This document shows, in pieces, positions 9,445 through 17,599 of a stretch of DNA of 58,636 nt (positions are counted from its first letter, which is position 1; each line of letters opens with the position of its first letter). Below the pieces are notes generated by a model that did not search any database, had not been told where the DNA came from, and worked only from the letters and a program-made list of their open reading frames with translations. The stretch lies in contig CAUJDY010000019.1 of NCBI GenBank assembly GCA_963169805.1, forward strand, positions 1-58,636. The letters run 5' to 3'. The stretch comes from Bdellovibrionota bacterium (GTDB lineage Bacteria; Bdellovibrionota; Bdellovibrionia; Bdellovibrionales; JAEYZS01). A program made the position numbers and the translations under genes.

Positions 9445-10560
9445 TTAGAAGATGTACCTTCTGGCAGAGACGCTCGAAATAATACCTAAACACACAAATG
9501 TTGTTAACATACCGGATCCACCATAAGACATAATTGGTAGTGGGATTCCCACAATCGGCAGCATTCCAATAACCATACCGATGTTTACAAACATATGCCA
9601 AAAAATAATTGAAAGACATCCCACAACAAGAAGTGCACCGTATTTATCTCTGGCTTGTGATGCGATTTTTATCCCAATCAACAAGAGAATTATAAAGAGC
9701 GTAAAGACAGTAAAACTCCCAACAAACCCGTGCTCCTCTGATAAGACACTATAAATAAAATCAGTGTGGCGCTCTGGTAGGAAATCAAGTTGCGACTGAG
9801 TGCCGTTTCGAAAACCTTTGCCAAAAAATTTTCCACTACCTACTGCAATTTTAGATTGAATGCTGTTGTAGCCAGCTCCTTGAGGATCACGATTTGGATC
9901 AATAAATGTCAGAACTCGATTTTTTTGATATTCTTTAAGTCCAAAATTCCATGCTAAAGGAATGATAAGGATTCCTGTAATGATAAGAGAGATGAGAATT
10001 GTTTTTCGGATACCAACAAACAGCAACATAGACCCTGCAACAGAGGCAATCATCATAGCTGTTCCTAAATCGGGTTGTGAGACTGTGAGTCCAAAAGGTA
10101 TCAAAGTCAGAAAGACAGGCATTGCAAGTTCTTTGAGGCCAAGTCCACTGATTGGACTTTTTTCTGCAAGAACTTTAGCTAGCACAAGAGCTATAACCAA
10201 CTTCATTGTCTCAGAAGGCTGATACTTAAAAAAACCTAGATCTAGCCACCTTTGTGCGCCGTAGGCGATGTTTCCTATCAGATCAACAACAATAAGAAAG
10301 ATCACATTAATGACATAGAGTGGGTAAGCCATTTTTAAGAAAACTTTGTAATCAATAAGCGTTACTAAGAAAAATAAAATCCAACCACCAGAAAACCAAA
10401 CCATTTGCATAGTAAAGAGTCTATTAATACCCACTGTTTCTGGATCATGTGTTGCGCTAAATAAGTTGATGAGACCAATAATATTGAGTGCGAGTATCAC
10501 AAAAATCAGATTGAAATCTAATTTTTTTAAAAAACCTCTTTCTTCAATCTGCATTTCCAT
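9445..10560 (-). CDS. rodA: Rod-shape-determining SEDS glycosyltransferase RodA
   Basis: FtsW/RodA/SpoVE family multi-TM protein (QPSETMKL, PDLGTA, FLPERHTDFIYSVLSEEHGFVGS). Lies immediately downstream of PBP2. Confidence 0.9.
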   Translation of the reverse strand: MEMQIEERGFLKKLDFNLIFVILALNIIGLINLFSATHDPETVGINRLFTMQMVWFSGGWILFFLVTLIDYKVFLKMAYPLYVINVIFLIVVDLIGNIAYGAQRWLDLGFFKYQPSETMKLVIALVLAKVLAEKSPISGLGLKELAMPVFLTLIPFGLTVSQPDLGTAMMIASVAGSMLLFVGIRKTILISLIITGILIIPLAWNFGLKEYQKNRVLTFIDPNRDPQGAGYNSIQSKIAVGSGKFFGKGFRNGTQSQLDFLPERHTDFIYSVLSEEHGFVGSFTVFTLFIILLLIGIKIASQARDKYGALLVVGCLSIIFWHMFVNIGMVIGMLPIVGIPLPIMSYGGSGMLTTFVCLGIISSVSARRYIF

Positions 10561-12523
10561 TATCTGGAGTCTCCTTATTAGGTATTATTTTTGGAGCAGC
10601 TGCTACAAATTTTTCTGGGTGATACTTTTTCATGTAAGCTTCGATAATATCTCGTGCAATTGGTGCAGCACCACCGGAACCTGAACATGCATGTTCTGCA
10701 AGTACTGAGACAACAATCTCGGGATTATCGGCAGGTGCATAGGCCACAAACCAACCGTGGTGCCTTTGTTTGATGGGGCGCGATTTACAATCTGCAAAGA
10801 CTTGGTCTGCACTGAGTGTAAAAAGTTGAACAGTCCCAGTCTTTCCAGCAATAGGTGTGTTAGCTACCTTGTGCCATTTTGCAGTACCAGACGGTCCATT
10901 ACCGACCATCCATAGACCTTCTCTGATAATATCCATATTTTGTTTTGAGACTTTTACCTCTGTGTTTTGGCCTGTTACGGTATCAAACTTAAGTTCTTCT
11001 TTTATATCTTGAATAACTTTTCCATCTATATCTAAAACTTTCTTTACAAAGTGAGGCTGAAACACAGGGCCTGCATTTGCAAAACTTGTAAAGGCTTGAG
11101 CTAATTGGAGCGCGGTCGTAAGAAAAAAACCTTGCCCAATTGCATTCGAAAGATTTTCGCCAGGTTGCCATGGTTCACCAAAAGTTTTTTGTTTCCATTC
11201 TTCGGTTGGAACAAGTCCTGGGACTTCGTTGACCATATGAATACCGGTACGCTTACCAAATCCAAATGAGCGTGCGTATTTTGCAATTCTATCAATCCCT
11301 AAAGCCAGCCCCATTTTATAAAAGAAAACATCACACGACTGCTCGAGTGCCTGAACAACATTCACATATCCATGTCCACGCTTTTGGTGGCAGTGATAAA
11401 TACGCCTACCAAACTTATAAAAACCTGGGCAAAATACAGTTGAACTTTTTGTCACTTCTTTTTCCTCGAGCGCTGCGAGGGCTACTATTGCTTTGAATGT
11501 GGATCCAGGGGGAAAGTGATCTTGAATCACTTTGTTACGAAGAGGTTTAAAAGGATGATTAATAAGCTCCGTCCACATTTTTGAAGAAATACCTTTTGAA
11601 AATTCTGTTGGATCAAAACTAGGTCCGTTGACCCAGGCTAAAATTTCTCCATTTTTTGGATTCAGAGCGACGGCTCCTCCTATGCGTTCTTTTGCAACGA
11701 ATGAAGCTTGTGCTGCTTCTTGAATATCTTTATCGATCGTGAGCATTAAAGTTCTGCCAGGAATAGGCTCGCGTGTTAAACTCACTTCCCCGATAAATTC
11801 TGGAACAGAAAGGGATGTAATTTCTCTTCCTCTTGCATCTACTTGAATAAAATCCTGACCACTGCTTCCACGAAGATCTTTATCATAAACAACTTCTAAT
11901 CCATTTTTGCCAACGATATCGCCTTGAGAAAACTGTTCATCAGGTCGGAGGTTTTTATTGTATTTTGGAAGTTCGTCTTTAGAAATTTCTCCAACGTAAC
12001 CAAATAGTTGAGCTCCATTTTCTTTGAGTAAATAAGATCTTTGGATTGTCATAGAAATATCTAAACCTGGATTATTGATACGGAGTCGGTCCAATCTTGC
12101 GACTTCGTCTCGGTTGAGATTGTTTTTGATTACGACAGGGCGGAATGGTCCATTTTTCTTTTTTTCTACTTTTACTTGGTGAATAATTTTTTCCGTTGGT
12201 AAACCTAAAATTGGACTTATGATGTGTGCTGTTTTTTCGAGTTCAGTGGCATATTGAGGTGTTATGGAAACTTCAAACCCAGGGAAATTATCAACTAGAA
12301 TTTTTCCCTCACGATCAATAACCATTCCGCGAGGGGCTTGAATTTTTTTAATTTTAAATCTATTTTTTTCAGAGAATAGACGGAGTTCTTCGCCTTGAAA
12401 AACTTGGAGATACCAAAGACGCATAATAAAAATAACAAACGTAAATGCAACCAGTGCGTAAATGTACTTATATCGAGGCAAATAATCTTTGGCCTCTTCT
12501 GGATCCGATAGGTATTCGTTCAC
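10544..12523 (-). CDS. mrdA: Penicillin-binding protein 2 (elongasome transpeptidase)
   Basis: 659 aa with an N-terminal TM helix, RGMVIDREGKILV, active-site PGSTFK (SxxK), and KTGT near the C-terminus. Operon context is mreCD-mrdA-rodA. Confidence 0.9.
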   Translation of the reverse strand: MNEYLSDPEEAKDYLPRYKYIYALVAFTFVIFIMRLWYLQVFQGEELRLFSEKNRFKIKKIQAPRGMVIDREGKILVDNFPGFEVSITPQYATELEKTAHIISPILGLPTEKIIHQVKVEKKKNGPFRPVVIKNNLNRDEVARLDRLRINNPGLDISMTIQRSYLLKENGAQLFGYVGEISKDELPKYNKNLRPDEQFSQGDIVGKNGLEVVYDKDLRGSSGQDFIQVDARGREITSLSVPEFIGEVSLTREPIPGRTLMLTIDKDIQEAAQASFVAKERIGGAVALNPKNGEILAWVNGPSFDPTEFSKGISSKMWTELINHPFKPLRNKVIQDHFPPGSTFKAIVALAALEEKEVTKSSTVFCPGFYKFGRRIYHCHQKRGHGYVNVVQALEQSCDVFFYKMGLALGIDRIAKYARSFGFGKRTGIHMVNEVPGLVPTEEWKQKTFGEPWQPGENLSNAIGQGFFLTTALQLAQAFTSFANAGPVFQPHFVKKVLDIDGKVIQDIKEELKFDTVTGQNTEVKVSKQNMDIIREGLWMVGNGPSGTAKWHKVANTPIAGKTGTVQLFTLSADQVFADCKSRPIKQRHHGWFVAYAPADNPEIVVSVLAEHACSGSGGAAPIARDIIEAYMKKYHPEKFVAAAPKIIPNKETPDNGNAD

Positions 12524-13047
12524 GACATACCTCCTTCTCGAATAGATTCATCAGGAGGATTCAATTTTTCAAGAATGGGGTAGAAAATAGGGCTGATGAT
12601 GAAAGCTAGAAATGCCTGTGCAATCCATTTCCAAACTTGAGGACTAGCGTGAGGTTTTATCTCTGTTAAAATGGAAATTAAAAATACGAAAATTTGAAAA
12701 ATGAGGATGCTAGCTGCATAAACTGTCGCAAAATACATTTTGCTTGGAATAAAGATACGGTCTTTTAAAAGCTTAATAAAAATATAAACAGCTGTGAGTC
12801 CAAAAAGGATAAATCCAAGGGGTTCTGCGCTCAGTGCAAAGTAAAAGAGGGACGGAACATATATTATAATCAATCCTTCAATACGAGTTCGATAGAGCAT
12901 GACTGCAACAACAACGGAAAGCCACAGCATAGGACTAGGAACTGGCGCAAATAGCCAATACCAAAAAGACGTTTCAACACACGCAACTAAAATTACGAGG
13001 AGAATATTGATTATTAAAAAAGTGTTACTACGTTCTTTTTCTGTCAT
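12520..13047 (-). CDS. mreD: Rod-shape-determining protein MreD
   Basis: 175-aa polytopic membrane protein between mreC and mrdA. Its 3' end overlaps the mrdA start by 4 nt. The call rests mainly on position. Confidence 0.7.
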   Translation of the reverse strand: MTEKERSNTFLIINILLVILVACVETSFWYWLFAPVPSPMLWLSVVVAVMLYRTRIEGLIIIYVPSLFYFALSAEPLGFILFGLTAVYIFIKLLKDRIFIPSKMYFATVYAASILIFQIFVFLISILTEIKPHASPQVWKWIAQAFLAFIISPIFYPILEKLNPPDESIREGGMS

Positions 13048-13048
13048 T

Positions 13049-13912
13049 TCAATCTTTCAGGCTGAGTTCTTTCATTTTTGCTTCGACTGCTTGTATGTCA
13101 TTTGTCTTCAAAACAATAAAAACTGCTTCTGAGTCAAATGTAGATACAAGAGGCTGAATTTGCACTTCCTGCGAAATTCCGTAATCTTTCTTTTCAACTT
13201 TAGTGACTTTGCCTATAGGAAAGCCTTTAGGGAAGATTCCATCTAGACCTGTAGTGACAATAAGGTCTCCTGCTAGTACATCATCGGTTCTTTGAAGATA
13301 TTTAAGTTTACAAAGTGAAGGAGATGCTCCCTCTACGATTCCTCGCGCTTGCGAGCGTTCCACAACGGCATCAATAGCCGAGTAGGTGTCAGTGAGGGTT
13401 AAGACCTGAGAGAAATCTTCTTCTGTATTTAGAACGGAGCCTATAACACCTCTAGGTGTAATAACAGCTTGTCCCGGTTGAATTCCATCTTTTGAACCTT
13501 TATCAATAAAAAGTGTTGTATGCTGTCCCAATAAATCATGACCAATAACACGCGCACCTAGAAGTTTATGTTGAGATGTTTTTTTAAACTCCAAGAGTTC
13601 TGTTAGACGAGTGTTTTCTTGCTCTAAACTTTTGAGGATGAGAAGTTCAGCTTCTAGTGCACTCATTTTAGTTTGCATTTCTCGATTGTTCTTTTTGATA
13701 TCAATGAGGTTAAGATATAGGCTTGTTGTTTTTTGAACACTGTCTGAGTAGTTGGATACACTACTTTGAATAAACGATGCCGTTATAAAAAAGGGTTTAA
13801 GAAAAAAGGACAGCTCGCCTTCATTGCGCTGAATGTTAATTGCAATCATCGGTATCGTAACTAATAAGCATATGATGAATATTTTTTTGAAATCGATGGG
13901 GAAAAAACCCAT
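13049..13912 (-). CDS. mreC: Rod-shape-determining protein MreC
   Basis: N-terminal TM helix, coiled coil (LEAELLILKSLEQENTRLTELLEFKK), then a beta-rich domain with PRGVIGSV...GLDGIFPKGFPIGKV. Confidence 0.85.
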   Translation of the reverse strand: MGFFPIDFKKIFIICLLVTIPMIAINIQRNEGELSFFLKPFFITASFIQSSVSNYSDSVQKTTSLYLNLIDIKKNNREMQTKMSALEAELLILKSLEQENTRLTELLEFKKTSQHKLLGARVIGHDLLGQHTTLFIDKGSKDGIQPGQAVITPRGVIGSVLNTEEDFSQVLTLTDTYSAIDAVVERSQARGIVEGASPSLCKLKYLQRTDDVLAGDLIVTTGLDGIFPKGFPIGKVTKVEKKDYGISQEVQIQPLVSTFDSEAVFIVLKTNDIQAVEAKMKELSLKD

Positions 13913-14059
13913 GTTGTAACCTCATATAATGTCTTCAGCGATGTTTCCTGCAATGAACCAACAGATAACAGGGTAACAAATGATGGATCAGAATCAATAA
14001 ACTCTTGAAAAAAAAGTAAAAAACTGCAAATGCTTTAACATCACACAACTGAGGTAAAG

Positions 14060-15229
14060 ATGATCAACGAACTTAAATCAAAGTTAACTAAGAAAAACAT
14101 TTTCGCGACAATATTATTCTCTGCCATTATTCTTGTATTTGTCTTTTTCGGATTTCAGGCAGGTGGGCCAGGAATGGTAGGCTATGCGGCTCGAGTGAAT
14201 AGTAAGACTATCTCTTTAAGAGATTTACAAATGGCAAGCGAACGTCTAGCTCAGTTTTATTCGTCATTTATGGGGGGCCAGCAGGCGAACAATGAGATGT
14301 TTCAGATGCAGATTAGAAGCTCTGCGTTAAATCAGCTAATTCAAAGAGAGGTCCTTCTTCAAGGAGCGAAGAAAGCTGGCTTTACGGCATCAGATCTTGA
14401 AATTGCAGAGTTCATCAGAGGAGTTCCTCAATTTCAAAAAGATGGAATTTTCCAAAGAAGTATTTATCAATCGTTTATTGAGCAGCAGGGACTTTCAACA
14501 AGCAAGTTTGAAGAGCAGATTCGAGATGATATTATTCTTAACAGAGTTCAGTCGGTTGTTAATTTGGGTTTAGAACCTTTTCAGGCAGAGGTGGCAAAGC
14601 TGGCAAAATTGAAAGAAAAAACAATTACTCTGGATTACGTGAATATCAAAAATATCAATTTTGATAAGATGGTGAGCGTTGGAGATTCTGAGGTTCAGCA
14701 GTTTCTAGAAAACAAGGACAATCAACTCAAAGTACAGCTTGAATTTGGGAACAATAAAGAGATTTATAAAGATAAAACTTTAGAGTCAGTTCAATCTGAA
14801 ATTGCCAAAAAAATTATAAGAGATGAGAAATCAGAGAAGCTATTGTCTCAAATGGAACAGGCTGCACAAAATCTAGCAGAAGTTGAGACTTTGCTAAAAA
14901 AATATGGAGCCTCTTGGAGTAAAACGACGGCTGTTACGCTTGATGCGGATGCGATTCCTGAAATCGGAGCTTCTGATAGGTTACAGGCAGAGCTTGGAAA
15001 GCTTGAAAAGCCAGGCCAACATGTTCCAGAGGTCATTCGAACATCTCAGGGTGATTTTTTGGTTAAGTTGAGATCGATTGACACTAAGAAAACAAACACA
15101 GCGGAAATTTCAGGGCTTGATGAGCAAATTCGAGGACAAAGAGTAAATGAACTAATGATGAAGTGGTCTGATCAGCTTGCCAAAGATGCCACAATTGTGC
15201 GAAACGAAAGTCTATTCACCAGGCAGTAG
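14060..15229 (+). CDS. PpiD/SurA-N-terminal-domain-like periplasmic chaperone (no obvious parvulin domain)
   Basis: N-terminal membrane anchor IFATILFSAIILVFVFFGF, followed by a region resembling the SurA N-terminal domain (ISLRDLQMASERLAQFY..., EFIRGVPQFQKDGIFQRSIYQSFIEQQGLS). Confidence 0.6.
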   Translation: MINELKSKLTKKNIFATILFSAIILVFVFFGFQAGGPGMVGYAARVNSKTISLRDLQMASERLAQFYSSFMGGQQANNEMFQMQIRSSALNQLIQREVLLQGAKKAGFTASDLEIAEFIRGVPQFQKDGIFQRSIYQSFIEQQGLSTSKFEEQIRDDIILNRVQSVVNLGLEPFQAEVAKLAKLKEKTITLDYVNIKNINFDKMVSVGDSEVQQFLENKDNQLKVQLEFGNNKEIYKDKTLESVQSEIAKKIIRDEKSEKLLSQMEQAAQNLAEVETLLKKYGASWSKTTAVTLDADAIPEIGASDRLQAELGKLEKPGQHVPEVIRTSQGDFLVKLRSIDTKKTNTAEISGLDEQIRGQRVNELMMKWSDQLAKDATIVRNESLFTRQ

Positions 15230-15308
15230 CCTGGTGAAACCTAAATCCAACTCCAGGCAGTAGCCTGGTGAAACCTAAATCCAGAGCTCCAGGCAGAGTA
15301 GCCTGGTG
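15219..15308. repeat. Tandem repeat (2 perfect 31-nt units plus a third partial unit), each carrying a CCAGGC-AGTA-GCCTGG hairpin
   Basis: CCAGGCAGTAGCCTGGTGAAACCTAAATCCA at 15219..15249 and 15253..15283. A variant CCAGGCAGAGTAGCCTGGTG lies at 15289..15308. Unit 1 contains the last codons and TAG stop of the upstream CDS. Confidence 0.85.
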
Positions 15309-15336
15309 GTAGCTAAAGATAGTTAGTACGTCTTAA

Positions 15337-17274
15337 TTAAGAAGCTTTTTTAAGTTTTTGAGTCCATTGATTAATTTTGATCAATGATTGTTCGTCTGTA
15401 TCCGTAAACTTCACGCCGTAATTTTGGGTATTTGACATCCAAACAACTTGTCCTGAAACACGAATGCTGTCGCTACCATTTGGACCGGCGACTTTCATTT
15501 GGACTGGCAGACCAAGTTTGAGTACGGCACTTGTATTCAGGCTGAGACCACCCAGAGAGATTGTTCCAACTTGTCCTAGATATTCAGACTGACCAAGCAA
15601 AATCTGTACTTGTGATGGCATATGGAAACGTTCAAATCGTCTCTGATTTTTTGGGTTTTGGCTTAGTAGTATTGCAATCACAAGTGGGAAAGCAAGAATA
15701 GCCAGAACAACTAATATTGAAAGTGGGTGAGTAGGAGGAGGATTATTTTGATTGTTTTCGTAGTCTGTATAAACTTTTTGAACTAAGCCACATCCCGCTG
15801 CAGCGGCACCGGCTGGTGATCTTAATAAATGTGCTGAAACATCGTAGTCAGGAGAAGAGGCATCAACAGAGGCAGAGTTTGCATCAGCAACAGCTGTGCT
15901 CGCATTTACACGACCACTATTCTTCACTTTTCCTTGAAGTTTTGGTGTAGCGCCAGACAATGGAACATCAATTGATCCCATGAGTAAGTTTTTTGTTTGG
16001 TAACCAATCATTGTAGGCTGTTGATACATCATCATAGCTGCAATACCGGCTACAAATGGAGCGGCCATACTGGTTCCAGTCATGGAGGCTGTATAGTTAC
16101 AAGTGGCATCGCCCGTATTGCAGGCAACTGTACTTAAGACTCCAACGCCAGGTGAGCCAATGTGAACATTATTGACTCCATAGTTTGAGAAGCTTGCGCT
16201 GTAGTCGAACGAATTTGAAGCTCCAACAGAAAGAACATTAGGAACATTATAAGACGCAGGATAAGTTGGACTTGCATCAATGTTTAACCCAGAGTTACCT
16301 GCTGCAGCGACAAACAGAGTGTTACGATCATAAGTGTAGGCAATAGCTTCATGTAGTGCAGTGGAGTAAGAACCACCTCCCCAAGAATTATTCAAGATTT
16401 TTGCACCTTTGCTAGCGGCATAATAAATGGCTTGAATAGCATCAGAGGTTGTTCCAATCCCATCACAATCTAAAAACTTAAGAGCCATGAGTTTAATTCG
16501 AGTGCTTGCTAATGCTCCAGCCCCAACCCCAATAATATCCTGAGTGGCTCCGCGAATAATTCCGGCTACATGTGTTCCGTGATCGTTACAGTCATTAGGA
16601 GTGTTGTCGTTTGAAACAAAATCCCAGCCGGCAATGTCATCAACATAGCCGTTGCCATCATTATCAACACCGTCGACCACTTCTCCAGAGTTGGTCCATT
16701 TAGCATCAGCAAGAAGAGTATTTCTGAAATCGATGCCAGTGTCTATCACTGCAACTACAATTTCTGGATTTCCTGTGCTTAGCTGAGCCCAAGCTTCAGG
16801 AACTGATATCGGTGCTCCTGTTTGATCGTAAGGAAGACCTGTTGCACCTTCGTGATAGTTTTGAGCTGCATATTCCTCAGCTTCTTCAACAGACATTGTT
16901 TGGGACTCGCGTACGGCGCGTGTGACGGACACGTAGTAGTTTGGCTCTGCGTACTCAATATCTGGATCGTTTCGAAGTTCGTTGACCATTTGGGAAACAG
17001 TTTTATTAGATTCGATTTTATAACTAAAAGTGCCTTGATCGACCCACGCACGCTTTGCTTTGAGTCCTTTTTTGGATGCAATTTTTTGATGAATTGAAAG
17101 AGTCTTTGATTTTGTGTTGGCAGCTGAAAGGCTATTTGTGGGATCTTGATTTTTGTATTTAACAATAACTTCTCCGGGAACATAACTGTTTGTTATGCTC
17201 TGAGCTGCAGAGAATGATCCTACAAAAAGAAAACAAAAAGATAAAAGTACACTAAACGTTCTATTCACGCACAA
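15337..17274 (-). CDS. Secreted subtilisin-like (S8) serine protease with a C-terminal TM helix and cytoplasmic PilZ-like domain
   Basis: Signal peptide MCVNRTFSVLLSFCFLFVGSFSAAQS. Triad motifs VAVIDTGID, HGTHVAG and GTSMAAPFVAG. TM helix LSILVVLAILAFPLVIAILL. The C-terminal 102 aa contain RRFER (RxxxR) and TISLGGLSL (xSxxG). Confidence 0.85.
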   Translation of the reverse strand: MCVNRTFSVLLSFCFLFVGSFSAAQSITNSYVPGEVIVKYKNQDPTNSLSAANTKSKTLSIHQKIASKKGLKAKRAWVDQGTFSYKIESNKTVSQMVNELRNDPDIEYAEPNYYVSVTRAVRESQTMSVEEAEEYAAQNYHEGATGLPYDQTGAPISVPEAWAQLSTGNPEIVVAVIDTGIDFRNTLLADAKWTNSGEVVDGVDNDGNGYVDDIAGWDFVSNDNTPNDCNDHGTHVAGIIRGATQDIIGVGAGALASTRIKLMALKFLDCDGIGTTSDAIQAIYYAASKGAKILNNSWGGGSYSTALHEAIAYTYDRNTLFVAAAGNSGLNIDASPTYPASYNVPNVLSVGASNSFDYSASFSNYGVNNVHIGSPGVGVLSTVACNTGDATCNYTASMTGTSMAAPFVAGIAAMMMYQQPTMIGYQTKNLLMGSIDVPLSGATPKLQGKVKNSGRVNASTAVADANSASVDASSPDYDVSAHLLRSPAGAAAAGCGLVQKVYTDYENNQNNPPPTHPLSILVVLAILAFPLVIAILLSQNPKNQRRFERFHMPSQVQILLGQSEYLGQVGTISLGGLSLNTSAVLKLGLPVQMKVAGPNGSDSIRVSGQVVWMSNTQNYGVKFTDTDEQSLIKINQWTQKLKKAS

Positions 17275-17454
17275 CGCTCCGTTTTTTTGTTACATTTAAC
17301 ATATCGGACTTTCGTCATGCGGAATTAACAGAAATCATTGGTTTTTTAGGTCTCTAAAACGAACTCAGCAAGCTGTTGAAATCTCAATGTAATACAAAGC
17401 TTCTGTCTACGAAGAAGACAAAAATAAAAATAAAACTTTGTTGCTAGAGTGTTA

Positions 17455-17599
17455 CTAAGGTACCAGGTCGCTTTTCCGAATTACGTGGGTTAGTTTTGAT
17501 TTGAAGTGTAACTATTTTAGAAAAATTCAAACGATGAATTTCTTGCAACTCAGATTAAAAATACCCCCCATAATTCGGAAAAGCGACCTGGTACCTTAG
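17455..17599. repeat. MITE-like element: perfect 29-bp terminal inverted repeats around an 87-bp non-coding core
   Basis: CTAAGGTACCAGGTCGCTTTTCCGAATTA (17455..17483) is the exact reverse complement of 17571..17599. The right arm overlaps the stop codon of the dadA-like gene. Confidence 0.6.

Noticed and set aside
15219-15308. Possible CRISPR array
   Set aside because: There are only 2 to 3 directly adjacent copies with 3-5-nt linkers, no unique spacers, and no cas genes.
16779-17183. 134-aa same-strand alternative-frame ORF and 91-aa antisense ORF inside the S8 protease gene
   Set aside because: The main frame encodes an intact subtilisin with all triad motifs. The alternative frames show no features.
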